Source: Nitrosococcus oceani ATCC 19707 (GTDB lineage: Bacteria; Pseudomonadota; Gammaproteobacteria; Nitrosococcales; Nitrosococcaceae). Taken from it: DNA of 32,000 nucleotides. Each line of letters starts with the position of its first letter. Position 1 is the first letter of the stretch. The stretch spans positions 1,080,001 through 1,112,000 of the forward strand of contig NC_007484.1 in NCBI RefSeq assembly GCF_000012805.1. The letters run 5' to 3'. The notes below the pieces were generated by a model. That model did no database searches. It was not told where the DNA came from and saw only the letters and a program-made list of their open reading frames with translations. Shown here one piece after another: positions 9,044-18,726 of the stretch. A program made the translations under genes and the position numbers.

Positions 9044-11779
9044 GTGCTGAAATTACCAATTCCATTGATTTGTGAGGATGATGTCTTTGCGGTACTAGGA
9101 GCGGGGGCGCTCCTGCTAACGATTAATAATCGTTTGGCGCGGGAACTTCAACATCGTTATGATCGGGTCCAGCAGGTAAAAGGATTAACCGTCTGGGAAA
9201 CGCCGCAAATTCTTCCTTGGTCGGTTTGGTTGCAGCGCTGTTACGATTATCAAACGTTGACTCTCACTGAAACAGATAATTCTAGCCCTGCCCTGCTTAG
9301 TCCCTTACAGGAACAAAGTTTATGGGAGCGGGTGATCTATGATTCGCCCTATAGCGGGGCGCTATTACAAGTTCCTGCCACGGTTCGTACAGCCCAGGAA
9401 GCATGGCGGCTGTGGCATGCCTGGCGCCTCCCCCTAGCGGGCCAATCCCTCTTTCTAACGGAAGATACCCAAGCTTTTCTAGAATGGGCTCAGGTTTTTG
9501 AGGACTATTGTCGGGTGGATCATTGGTTGGATAATGCCCGTTTACCCGATGCTGTGGGCGGGATGTTGGAAAGCGGGCAAATTCCTTTGCCGGGAACAGT
9601 TATCTTGGCAGGATTTGATGAATACACCCCCCAGCAACAAGAGCTTCTAGCCGTTCTTGAACGGCAGGGAGTTTTGCTTCAGGTCTTTGCTAATCAGGGC
9701 GGCTCACAACAAACCAGGCGGGTAGCCCTAGCCGATACGATAGAAGAGATTACTGTGGCGGCCCGCTGGGCTCGGCATAGGCTAGAACACTCTCCTGGGG
9801 AGAAGATTGGAGTTATTGTCCCTGAGCTGGAATTTTTACGGGTTCAGGTGGCGCGTATTTTCGATGATATCCTTCATCCTGAAGCTGTATTGCCAGGCCG
9901 GGGGAGGATAGAGCGGGCTTACAATCTTTCCTTGGCGCAGCCGTTAGCGGACAATCCTTTAGTTCATACAGCGCTACTTATTTTGGAGCTTAGCAAAGGG
10001 GAACTCTCCATGGTGGAGATGGGGGCGTTCTTGCGCTCGCCTTTTGTGGGTGCGGCAGAGCAGGAATTTTCTCATCGCGCCCTTTTGGATGCTTATCTCC
10101 GCAAGACTCGGGAAGAGAGGGTGTCGTTAGAACGCTTATGGAAGGCTGCTATTACAGCGCGGGAGGAGGACGCTAACCACAGGTGTCCCGCCTTGGGAGA
10201 ACGGCTCCAGCAGTTTAAGGTTGAGGTTGATTCATTGCCGGCGAGACAGCCTCCGAGCGGTTGGGCCCAGAGTTTTACCTGCTGGCTTCAATTGTTAGGC
10301 TGGCCTGGAGAGCGCCCCCTTGATAGTGAAGAATATCAAGCAGTTTCGGCTTGGCATAAAAGCATACAGTCTTTTTCCAGTTTGGATCGGGTAGTGCCCT
10401 CCTTAAAAAAAAATGTAGCCATTGGAAAATTCCGGCACCTGCTCGTGGAAACTTTGTTTCAACCCGAAAATCCTATTGTGCCGGTTCAGGTGATGGGGGT
10501 TTTGGAAGCGGCTGGCGAGCAGTTCGATGCCGCCTGGATGCTGGGACTGCATGATGGTATTTGGCCGACGGCGCCTCGCCCTAATCCCCTGCTACCCATC
10601 GAGCTGCAACGTCACTATCGTTTGCCCCATGCTTCCGCCGAACGGGAGCTGGCATATACTCGCGTGGTAACGGAGCGTTTGCTTGCCAGCGCACCTGTGG
10701 TCATTGTCAGTCACCCCCGCCGGGAGGGCGACAGGGATCTACGGCCTAGCCCCCTTATTGCTGAGCTAGCGTCTGTCCTTCCAGAAAGATTGCAATTAGC
10801 TTCGGTTGAGTCCTATGTCAATGAGATTCAGCAAACGGGGAGAATGGAAACTTTGGTCGACGCGCAGGGACCTCCCTTGGAAGCAGGCGCCCAGGTGGGG
10901 GGCGGCACCGGACTGCTTAAGGCTCAGGCTGCTTGTCCTTTCCGCGCTTTTGCCGAGTATCGCCTTGGCGCCAAAGGTCTTGAAGAACCCAGCGTGGGTT
11001 TAGAATCTTTGGACCAAGGAATTTTGATTCACGTTGCTTTGCAATATTTGTGGGAAAAATTGCAAAATCAGCATACCCTTTTATCCTGTAGCGCTGAAGA
11101 ATTACATGGGCTAATAGCAGAGGCAGCAAAACAAGCGATTGCTACGCAAACGGCAGTACGCCCCCGGATTTTTACCGAGCGGTTTACTGCTATAGAGCAG
11201 GAGCGGTTGGAGCAGTTGTTGCTGGAATGGCTGGAGCGGGACAAGCAACGGCCCCCTTTTGCCGTGTTGCATCAAGAGAGGTCTCAGCCCCTAAACCTTG
11301 GTGGTCTCAGTTTGGATACCAGGGCGGATCGGATTGATCAGTTGGAAAGCGGGGAGCGGGTTATTGTGGATTATAAGACCGGTCGCTCTAATCCCCGGCA
11401 CTGGTTTGGCGAGCGGCCCGAAGAGCCCCAGCTTCCTTTATATTGTATCGCCCATGAGGCACCTCTGGCGGCCGTCCTGTTTGCGCAAGTCCGTCGAGGA
11501 GAGATGAAGTATCTGGGGGTTACTAAAGAAGAAGGAAGTATGCCTGAAGTTGCTGTTTTTACTCGTGTTGCTGGCGGTCTAGACAGTTGGGAAGAGTTAT
11601 TAGCGCGATGGTTTCAGGTTCTCCACGCTCTTGCCGTGGAGGTCGTGGAGGGGTATGCGGCCGTAGCGCCAAGGGATGCTAACAGTTGCGATTATTGTGC
11701 TTTACCTGGGTTATGCCGGATTAAAGAGCTGGGCGGTGGCGCTGCTAAAAATAAAAAAGAACGGGACAGGAATGATTAA
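9044..11779 (+). CDS. AddB-like PD-(D/E)XK nuclease with Fe-S cysteine cluster (inactive helicase-like N-terminus)
   Basis: 911 aa. No Walker A motif seen. C-terminal RecB-type nuclease motif RADRIDQL...VIVDYKTG. Four cysteines arranged as AACPFRAF ... CDYCALPGLC (C-x2-C-x5-C), as in AddB/Cas4 iron-staple nucleases. The GTG start is uncertain. Confidence 0.8.
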   Translation: MLKLPIPLICEDDVFAVLGAGALLLTINNRLARELQHRYDRVQQVKGLTVWETPQILPWSVWLQRCYDYQTLTLTETDNSSPALLSPLQEQSLWERVIYDSPYSGALLQVPATVRTAQEAWRLWHAWRLPLAGQSLFLTEDTQAFLEWAQVFEDYCRVDHWLDNARLPDAVGGMLESGQIPLPGTVILAGFDEYTPQQQELLAVLERQGVLLQVFANQGGSQQTRRVALADTIEEITVAARWARHRLEHSPGEKIGVIVPELEFLRVQVARIFDDILHPEAVLPGRGRIERAYNLSLAQPLADNPLVHTALLILELSKGELSMVEMGAFLRSPFVGAAEQEFSHRALLDAYLRKTREERVSLERLWKAAITAREEDANHRCPALGERLQQFKVEVDSLPARQPPSGWAQSFTCWLQLLGWPGERPLDSEEYQAVSAWHKSIQSFSSLDRVVPSLKKNVAIGKFRHLLVETLFQPENPIVPVQVMGVLEAAGEQFDAAWMLGLHDGIWPTAPRPNPLLPIELQRHYRLPHASAERELAYTRVVTERLLASAPVVIVSHPRREGDRDLRPSPLIAELASVLPERLQLASVESYVNEIQQTGRMETLVDAQGPPLEAGAQVGGGTGLLKAQAACPFRAFAEYRLGAKGLEEPSVGLESLDQGILIHVALQYLWEKLQNQHTLLSCSAEELHGLIAEAAKQAIATQTAVRPRIFTERFTAIEQERLEQLLLEWLERDKQRPPFAVLHQERSQPLNLGGLSLDTRADRIDQLESGERVIVDYKTGRSNPRHWFGERPEEPQLPLYCIAHEAPLAAVLFAQVRRGEMKYLGVTKEEGSMPEVAVFTRVAGGLDSWEELLARWFQVLHALAVEVVEGYAAVAPRDANSCDYCALPGLCRIKELGGGAAKNKKERDRND

Positions 11780-14700
11780 TCCGTCTATCCCGGATGCCGA
11801 TGCCCGGCGGCAGGCCCTCAATCCCCATGGCTCCTTTATTGTGCAAGCGCCCGCCGGTTCAGGTAAAACAGAACTCCTAACCCAGCGTTACTTGATGCTG
11901 CTGGCGCGGGTGGAAGCGCCGGAGGAGATCGTCGCTATTACTTTTACCCGCAAAGCGGCTGCGGAGATGCGCTACCGGATCATAGCGGCCCTTGCCAGTG
12001 CCAAGGAGAACCAGCCGCCAAAAACTGAACCAGCCAAAACCACTTGGGATCTGGCTTGCGCGGTGCGGCGCCGCGATGAAGGGAAGGGATGGTCACTTGA
12101 GGACCATCCTGCCCGTTTGCGCATTCAGACTATTGATTCTCTCTGCGCCAGTTTAACCCGGCAGATGCCCCTTTTATCCCGCTTTGGCGCCCAGCCCGGA
12201 ATTACCGAAGATGCGGAGAGGCTCTATCGCCAGGCTGCGCACAGGACTTTGGCAGAGGTGGAAAGTGGCGCGGAATGGTCCGCTAGCGTGGAAACCTTGC
12301 TCCGCCATTTGAATAATAATTGGGGAAAAATCGAACGGCTGCTTTCGGCAATGCTTGCCCGGCGGGATCAATGGTTGCGCCATCTCGCTGGCGATGAACA
12401 ATTGCAGCGAGAAATTTTGGAAGAAGCGCTCCAGGGGGTTATCCAGGACGGATTGAAGCGGGCTAGCCGTTATTGTCCCGAGTCGATGCTGGCAGAAATA
12501 TTGGAGCTTGCCCGTTTCGCTGCTAGTAATGTTGCCGCTACTGCTCCAGCCTCTCCTATTCAGGCTTGTCGAGATCTCTGGAATTGGCCTGGAATCCAGG
12601 CCGAGGCATTACCCCATTGGCTAGGGCTAGCCCAGCTTTTGTTGACGGATGAGGGCGAATGGCGCCAGCAAGCAAATAAAAATATTGGTTTTCCCGCCCC
12701 TAGCGCTGCCCGCGGCCAGGAGGAGAGGCAATTTCTCAAGGAACAAAAACGCGCCTTGTTAGATTGTCTTGCACGTTTGGAAGGAGAAGAAGCGTTGCGC
12801 CGTGCGCTGCATGGTCTGCGTTTCCTGCCCTCGGCCTCTTACACGGCAGCTCAGTGGCAGTTGATGGAGGCTCTATTTCAACTCTTGCCCTTGGCGGTAG
12901 CTCAATTGCAATTGGTATTTCAAGAGCAAGGTGAAGTGGATTTTACCGAGGTGGCTCAGCGGGCAGTAGTCGCCTTGGGGGAGGCTGAGGCGCCCACGGA
13001 TTTAGCCTTGGCCTTAGATTACCAGATTCGGCATTTGCTGATGGATGAGTTTCAGGATACCAGTCTCAGTCAGTATATCTTATTGGAAAGGTTAACTCTT
13101 GGCTGGGAAGCGGGTGAGGGGCGGACTTTATTGGTGGTTGGCGATCCCATGCAGTCTATTTATCGCTTCCGAGAGGCTGAAGTGGGACTCTATTTGCAGG
13201 CTTGGTGGCAAGGAGTGGGGCTGTTGCCCCTGACGCCGTTAACCTTATCGGTGAACTTTCGCTCTCAGCAAGGCATTGTGGATTGGGTTAATCAGTCTTT
13301 TCGCCAGATTTTGCCGGTAGCCCAGGAAATAGCAACTGGCGCCGTCCCTTATAGTCAGTCCCATGCCTTTCATCCCCCTTTAATGGCACCGGCAGTCCAG
13401 ATTCATCCCTTTTTTGAAAAAGGCTCGCTAGCAGAAGCAAAAAGGGTGGTCCATCTGGTCCAGCAAACCAGACAGGCGGCGCCAAATTCTACTATTGCCA
13501 TCCTGGTACGCAGTCGGGGGCATCTAGCCGGGATTGTACCTCTGCTGAGAGAGGCGGGAGTGGGTTTCCGGGCCTTGGAGATTGAGCCCTTGGGCAGTCG
13601 TCCGATCGTGCAAGATTTACTGGCTTTGACCAAGGCCCTGTTTCATCTGGGGGATCGTCTTAGTTGGCTAACGGTGTTGCGCGCTCCTTGGTGCGGTTTA
13701 ACCTTGGCGGATCTCTATGTTCTGGCAGGTGAAGATAAGCAGGCAGCCGTTTGGGACCGTATCCAGGAAGATGCTTGTATTCAGGGGCTGAGCGAAGAGG
13801 GCCGGGAGCGGCTTGGCAGGCTCCGCCAGGTATTCGCCAAAGCTTTGGGAGAACGCCGGCGGACCTCTCCTCGCCGGCAGGTGGAAGGAGTATGGCTGGC
13901 TCTTGGTGGACCCGCCTGTGTGACTGATTCCATAGCGCTGGAGGAGGCTTCGGTTTACCTGGATTTGTTAGAGCGGGAGGCGGTAGCGGGTGAGATTCTT
14001 GATTTCAGAGCCCTGGAGGAGTCAGTAGCGCAGCTCTTTGCCCCACCGGATAAGGAGGCGGATGAGACTTTACAGATTATGACGATCCATCGAGCTAAGG
14101 GGCTGGAATTCGATACGGTGATTGTGCCTGGCCTAGGACGTCCCCCCCGTCATGAAAGTCACCAATTACTGCTTTGGGCGGAGCGCCCAACTGTCCATTA
14201 TCCAACGGGAGATGATGGCGCCCTCTTGTTAGCGCCTATTTCCGGGGCGGGCAGATCCCAAGATTCTATCTATCAGTATATTAAAAGGCTCCATGAAGAA
14301 AAGGGGGAATTCGAAAATGGTCGCCTGCTCTATGTGGCGGTAACGCGGGCAAAACACCGGTTGCATCTGTTTGGGCAGGTGGATCTGGATGACACAGGCA
14401 AACCCAAGGTGCCCTCAAAGCATTCTCTTTTGGCTTCTTTGTGGCCTGCGGTAAAAGGAAAATTCGAAGCAACGGCTCTTCTCCAAAGAGAAACCGAGAA
14501 TCGGGAAGAAGGAAGAGACCCAGGGGATTCTTCAATCTCTGGCTTTATTTCCCGGCTAAGCACCCAATGGCAATGTCCCGCCCCTATAGCAGGAGTTAAA
14601 GCGGATATCGAAGTTTTGCCGGAGGCAGCTTCTGCCTTGGATCCCATTGAATTTGATTGGGCGGGAGAGACCGCTCGTCATATAGGGACGGTAGTTCACC

Positions 14701-15212
14701 GCTATCTTCAAATCATTGCCGGGGAAGGCCCCGAGCACTGGAGCTTGGCTCGGATCACCGCGCTTGCGCCCGCCTTGCGCCAGGCGCTGATGCAACAGGG
14801 GGTAATGCCTAACGAGATGGAGAATGCCATAGAACGCGCCCGGGAAGTACTCAGGCAGACTCTCGAAGATCCGCGAGGGCGTTGGATTCTTGCTTCGAAC
14901 TACCGGCAGGCGCGGAATGAATATTCTTTGAGCGGTGTTTTAAACGGTCGAATTATCCGGGCGGTTATTGATCGCACCTTTATTGATGAGGCAGGAGTTC
15001 GGTGGATTGTGGATTATAAAACCGGCGTCCATGAAGGTGGTGGTAGGGAGGAATTTCTCAATAGAGAACAGGAGCGCTATCACCCTCAGCTGGAGCGTTA
15101 TGCTGCTCTGATGGCGCTTAAAGTACCTGGGACGGAGAAAATACGATTGGGGCTTTATTATCCTCAGATAGGCGGTTGGCGAGAGTGGGAGTGGTCTAAA
15201 AAAATCTTTTAA
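11772..15212 (+). CDS. AddA-like UvrD/Rep-family helicase with C-terminal RecB-type nuclease
   Basis: Start trimmed to ATG 11772 (MINPSIPDADARRQAL...), overlapping the upstream stop by 8 nt. Walker A APAGSGKTE, DEFQDT box, nuclease motif IDRTFIDEAGVRWIVDYKTG. Confidence 0.85.
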   Translation: MINPSIPDADARRQALNPHGSFIVQAPAGSGKTELLTQRYLMLLARVEAPEEIVAITFTRKAAAEMRYRIIAALASAKENQPPKTEPAKTTWDLACAVRRRDEGKGWSLEDHPARLRIQTIDSLCASLTRQMPLLSRFGAQPGITEDAERLYRQAAHRTLAEVESGAEWSASVETLLRHLNNNWGKIERLLSAMLARRDQWLRHLAGDEQLQREILEEALQGVIQDGLKRASRYCPESMLAEILELARFAASNVAATAPASPIQACRDLWNWPGIQAEALPHWLGLAQLLLTDEGEWRQQANKNIGFPAPSAARGQEERQFLKEQKRALLDCLARLEGEEALRRALHGLRFLPSASYTAAQWQLMEALFQLLPLAVAQLQLVFQEQGEVDFTEVAQRAVVALGEAEAPTDLALALDYQIRHLLMDEFQDTSLSQYILLERLTLGWEAGEGRTLLVVGDPMQSIYRFREAEVGLYLQAWWQGVGLLPLTPLTLSVNFRSQQGIVDWVNQSFRQILPVAQEIATGAVPYSQSHAFHPPLMAPAVQIHPFFEKGSLAEAKRVVHLVQQTRQAAPNSTIAILVRSRGHLAGIVPLLREAGVGFRALEIEPLGSRPIVQDLLALTKALFHLGDRLSWLTVLRAPWCGLTLADLYVLAGEDKQAAVWDRIQEDACIQGLSEEGRERLGRLRQVFAKALGERRRTSPRRQVEGVWLALGGPACVTDSIALEEASVYLDLLEREAVAGEILDFRALEESVAQLFAPPDKEADETLQIMTIHRAKGLEFDTVIVPGLGRPPRHESHQLLLWAERPTVHYPTGDDGALLLAPISGAGRSQDSIYQYIKRLHEEKGEFENGRLLYVAVTRAKHRLHLFGQVDLDDTGKPKVPSKHSLLASLWPAVKGKFEATALLQRETENREEGRDPGDSSISGFISRLSTQWQCPAPIAGVKADIEVLPEAASALDPIEFDWAGETARHIGTVVHRYLQIIAGEGPEHWSLARITALAPALRQALMQQGVMPNEMENAIERAREVLRQTLEDPRGRWILASNYRQARNEYSLSGVLNGRIIRAVIDRTFIDEAGVRWIVDYKTGVHEGGGREEFLNREQERYHPQLERYAALMALKVPGTEKIRLGLYYPQIGGWREWEWSKKIF

Positions 15213-15354
15213 AAACGACTGCTCGGGGAGATGCTAAGGCGCGTTTTGCAATGTTCAGGTATGATGGTATGGCCGTAATTTTAGTGATGATTTGCCTGTT
15301 ATCAGACACAGTGACTCTTTATAATTAGAATAGTTTCTAAGCGAGCAGGAAAGA

Positions 15355-15573
15355 ATGAAACAATTTGGTATACGTATTACCTTATCTTCTAGCGATACCA
15401 TGCGGGCATCCCATTTGCTCGGCGAAGATTGGGAATCTTACCGCTGGTACCGGACCGTGGAAGAGCGGGATAAAGCGTTTGAAGAATTACAACAGCCACT
15501 CCCCTATTATCAACGGGCGGATAATTCGAATCTTATTTTGACAAAAGTTGAAAATAACCACTCAGTCGAATAA
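15355..15573 (+). CDS. small hypothetical protein (72 aa)
   Basis: ATG preceded by AGGAAAG. A perfect TATAAT lies at 15320-15325. Not low-complexity. No family recognised. Confidence 0.45.
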   Translation: MKQFGIRITLSSSDTMRASHLLGEDWESYRWYRTVEERDKAFEELQQPLPYYQRADNSNLILTKVENNHSVE

Positions 15574-15612
15574 GCATTTAATTGATAAAGTTGTTCCACC
15601 AAGGAGGAAATA

Positions 15613-16194
15613 ATGGCTAGAACTGAGTCTATGATGTTAGATTTGGGTACCCAGGCACCGGATTTTCAACTACTAGAGCCGGCAACAGGGCGTACCGTGT
15701 CACTAGCGGATTTTAAGGGAGCCGGTGGATTGTTGGTGATTTTTATGTGTAACCACTGTCCCTATGTGAAACATATCAGCAGTGCGCTCTCCCAATTTGC
15801 TCGCGAATACCAGCCTAAAGGTTTGGCGATTGTGGGAATTAGCGTCAATGATGTGGAAAACTACCCCGATGATAGCCCAGAGAAAATGGCGGAGGAAGTA
15901 GAAGCCCAGGGATATATTTTCCCTTATCTATATGATGAAACCCAGGAGATTGCAAAGGCCTATAAGGCAGCCTGCACTCCGGACTTTTTTCTCTTTGATA
16001 AAAATCACAAGTTGGTTTACCGGGGTCAGTTCGATGATAGCCGGCCCGGTAATGATTTACCGGTGACCGGTGAGGATCTTCAGACGGCTGTCAAAGCAGT
16101 GCTCAGTGGCCAGCCTATTCCCAATGAACAGCGGCCCAGTATGGGTTGCAACATTAAATGGAAGCCGGGGAACGAACCAGATTATTTCGGATAG
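15613..16194 (+). CDS. thioredoxin-fold protein (AhpC/TSA-redoxin-like), CxxC = CNHC
   Basis: ATG with a perfect AAGGAGG upstream. QAPDFQL...LLVIFMCNHCPYV is typical of redoxin-family thiol-disulfide oxidoreductases. No signal peptide. Confidence 0.8.
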   Translation: MARTESMMLDLGTQAPDFQLLEPATGRTVSLADFKGAGGLLVIFMCNHCPYVKHISSALSQFAREYQPKGLAIVGISVNDVENYPDDSPEKMAEEVEAQGYIFPYLYDETQEIAKAYKAACTPDFFLFDKNHKLVYRGQFDDSRPGNDLPVTGEDLQTAVKAVLSGQPIPNEQRPSMGCNIKWKPGNEPDYFG

Positions 16195-16305
16195 TGGCGT
16201 CCAAATAGTAGCAAGAAAGGCTGTGTAGAGAAGCCCTTTTTGTATACTTATTGTGGCGCGAAGGAGAGTCTTTCAAAGATATTTTAATTTATCGCAAGAG
16301 AGCTC

Positions 16306-17784
16306 TTACTCTAAGAGGTAGAGTTTAAAGAGGTAAGTTTCCTTCGCGCCAGCTTCTGCTTGACTAGCCATGACCACGATTCGATCATTAGAGTGGATGA
16401 TGTTTTCTTCCTGAAGCTGTTTAAGGGCAGGGCAGATAAGATTTTCTAGCGTTTCTTCATGGGGCATGGTAATCAGGGAATGTCCCCAATGGAGGAGTAA
16501 TTGCCGCAGTAGCCGTTCTTCAACCACTACGCCATAGACGGGAACGCTGCTGCGGGCTGAGGAAAGCGCCCGCAGGGTGGCGCCAGAAAGAGAAAAGGCC
16601 AGGATACAGCGGGCCTTTGTATTGTGAGCTAGATTAACGGCTGAAGCGGCCATTTTATCGTGCATGTCTTGTTTACCCCGTACCGGGATTTCACCCTTAA
16701 CATTTCGGAGTTCTTTCTCCGCCTCCCGGCAAATACGATTCATTTCCTGAACTGCTTGAATGGGATAGCGGCCTGAAGCCGTCTCTCCAGACAACATGAC
16801 TGCATCCGAACCGCCAATGACGGCATGGTACACGTCGTTAACTTCGGCCCGGGTAGGGATATCATGATGAGTCATGCTTTCCAGCATTTGGGTGGCAGTA
16901 ATGACTGGAACGCCAAAGGCATTGGCTTTTTGGATAATGGCCTTTTGGATGTTTGGGACCTTCTCCCGCGGCAGAGTTACCCCTAAATCGCCTCGGGCAA
17001 CAAGAACGCCATCGGCCACTTGCAAGATTTCGTCGAGGTTGTCAATGCCTTTATGATCTTCAATTTTAGCAATGATAAATGAATTTTTTTGACCCCATTC
17101 AGCAAGGCGTAAGCGCATTTCGATAATCTCTGTCGCCGAGCGGACAAAAGACATAGCGACCATATCCACATCGAGAAAGACGCCAAAGCGAGCATCGGTT
17201 GCGTCTTTCTCGTTAAGGAGGGGAAAGCTAAGCTGAGAATCGGGAAAGATTACCCCTTTTCGACTTCTAAGCTGGCCGCCAAATTTGACTTGGCAATGAA
17301 GATCTTTCTCCTCAATTGAGAGAACTTCTAGCTCAATGGAAGCATCGTCAAGAAACACTTTTTGGCCTGGTGTGACATATTGGATGATATCTTGATAATC
17401 AATGCCAATCCGCTTGCTGGAGATCGTTTCGCCATGACCTAACAGAATCTCCTGGCCTTCCTCAAGGGAAAGGGATGGTGGGTGCTGAACCTTGCCTACC
17501 CGTACTTTGTGTCCTTGGAGGTCTTGGAGGATAGCAACGGGCTTCATAAGACGCTGGGCGGCTTCTCGGATTTCGCAAGCGATTCTCCCATGACTTTCAT
17601 GGTTGCCATGGGAAAAATTTAAACGGGCGACGTTCATTCCCGACAGCAGCATTTTTCTCAGGATAGCGGGCGAACGGCTGGCAGGTCCGATAGTGCAGAC
17701 GATACGGCATGCTCGTGGATCCTTTTCAAATTTGAAGGGAGAATCCCCTTCATGGTCTGCTTTTTTTTGTTTCTTTGAAATCAC
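16306..17784 (-). CDS. pyk: pyruvate kinase
   Basis: RIVCTIGPASRSP, NVARLNFSHG, MVARGDLGV-like LVARGDLGVTLP, and MLSGETA. GTG start with a basic N-terminal extension of about 27 aa, so the start is uncertain. Confidence 0.9.
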   Translation of the reverse strand: MISKKQKKADHEGDSPFKFEKDPRACRIVCTIGPASRSPAILRKMLLSGMNVARLNFSHGNHESHGRIACEIREAAQRLMKPVAILQDLQGHKVRVGKVQHPPSLSLEEGQEILLGHGETISSKRIGIDYQDIIQYVTPGQKVFLDDASIELEVLSIEEKDLHCQVKFGGQLRSRKGVIFPDSQLSFPLLNEKDATDARFGVFLDVDMVAMSFVRSATEIIEMRLRLAEWGQKNSFIIAKIEDHKGIDNLDEILQVADGVLVARGDLGVTLPREKVPNIQKAIIQKANAFGVPVITATQMLESMTHHDIPTRAEVNDVYHAVIGGSDAVMLSGETASGRYPIQAVQEMNRICREAEKELRNVKGEIPVRGKQDMHDKMAASAVNLAHNTKARCILAFSLSGATLRALSSARSSVPVYGVVVEERLLRQLLLHWGHSLITMPHEETLENLICPALKQLQEENIIHSNDRIVVMASQAEAGAKETYLFKLYLLE

Positions 17785-17820
17785 GAGACGTCCCTTGCAA
17801 ACGGATTCAATGGGTCTTTG

Positions 17821-18723
17821 TCAACGTTGCGCCACAGGGTGAGAAGGTTTTAATTTCTTCCTTGCAAGCCATTCAATAATAATACCGTTGACTTGCTCCG
17901 GCGTTTCTTGCTGCACCCAGTGGGAGATGCGGGGAAGATAGCGCAGAGTAAGATCACTTACATAGCGTTCGGTTCCGTAGGTGGTTTCTTTTCCTAAGGC
18001 TAAATCTTCTTCACCCCAGATCATTAAAGTAGGTACTTCAATCAACGGTAAATAGCCATGATATCTGTGCCATGGTAATTCTCGGAACAGCGCCCGATAA
18101 TAGTTTATCATGGCTCGGAGCGCACCAGGCTGGGCGGCATTACGGCGATAGACATTAATGACATCAGGGGGGAAACGATCTTTATTGACTGCCAGGTAGC
18201 GTATGGTTTTACCTAGGAGACAAGCATTTCTCCTACTAAGTAGCCATTCTGGAAACCAGGGAATCTGGAAAAAGAGTATATACCAAGATTTCCTTAGCTG
18301 CTGCCATGTTTTCAGGGATTTAAGGAAGAGTGCGGGGTGGGGCACATTCATAATGATAAGGCCCTCTAAAGGATGGATTTTGCTAATGGCGAATAGCCAT
18401 GCGAGGGCAGCTCCCCAGTCATGGCCGATAAGTAAAACGGAGCGGCAACGGGAAGCTTTGATAAGTGCGGCAATATCTGCAAGGAGATGATCAGTATGGT
18501 AAGCGGCTACTTTTGAGGGGCGTGAGCTACGCCCGTAACCGCGCAGATTTGGTGCCCAAACGCGGTAACCTTGGTCTGCGAGCAGTGGTATCTGATAACG
18601 CCATGAATAGCTGCATTCAGGGAAACCATGGAGACAAAGGGCAAGCCGTTTCCCATATCCGCATTGTTCAACCTCAAAGTAAAGACCATTCGCTGGAATG
18701 AGTCGGGTCTCTATGGGCGCCAT
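17821..18723 (-). CDS. alpha/beta hydrolase, epoxide-hydrolase/haloalkane-dehalogenase-like
   Basis: LHGFPECSYSWRYQIPLLADQGYRVWAPNLRGYGRS and the nucleophile region IGHDWGA are typical of the epoxide hydrolase-like subfamily. Confidence 0.85.
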   Translation of the reverse strand: MAPIETRLIPANGLYFEVEQCGYGKRLALCLHGFPECSYSWRYQIPLLADQGYRVWAPNLRGYGRSSRPSKVAAYHTDHLLADIAALIKASRCRSVLLIGHDWGAALAWLFAISKIHPLEGLIIMNVPHPALFLKSLKTWQQLRKSWYILFFQIPWFPEWLLSRRNACLLGKTIRYLAVNKDRFPPDVINVYRRNAAQPGALRAMINYYRALFRELPWHRYHGYLPLIEVPTLMIWGEEDLALGKETTYGTERYVSDLTLRYLPRISHWVQQETPEQVNGIIIEWLARKKLKPSHPVAQR

Positions 18724-18726
18724 GAA

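Noticed and set aside
11676-11771. Upstream 32-codon extension of the AddA-like ORF given in the ORF track
   Set aside because: The extension lies inside the AddB-like coding region in another frame. The conserved helicase N-terminus begins at ATG 11772. Similar trimming was applied at 5832, 8396, 28416, 2448, 3031, 8186 and 20698, where an internal ATG has a much better Shine-Dalgarno or signal peptide.
9044-15212. UvrD-like helicase plus nuclease pair as a Gabija-like or other anti-phage defence system
   Set aside because: The partner is an AddB-type Fe-S PD-(D/E)XK protein, not an ATPase-TOPRIM (GajA). Sizes, motifs and gene order fit AddAB break repair.
16195-16305. Bidirectional intrinsic terminator between the convergent redoxin and pyk genes
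   Set aside because: Only a bulged 6-bp stem (AAAGGC...GCCCTTT) with an 11-nt loop is present, which is too weak to report. A 5-bp stem at about 7560-7585 between the SLT gene and msrB is similarly weak.
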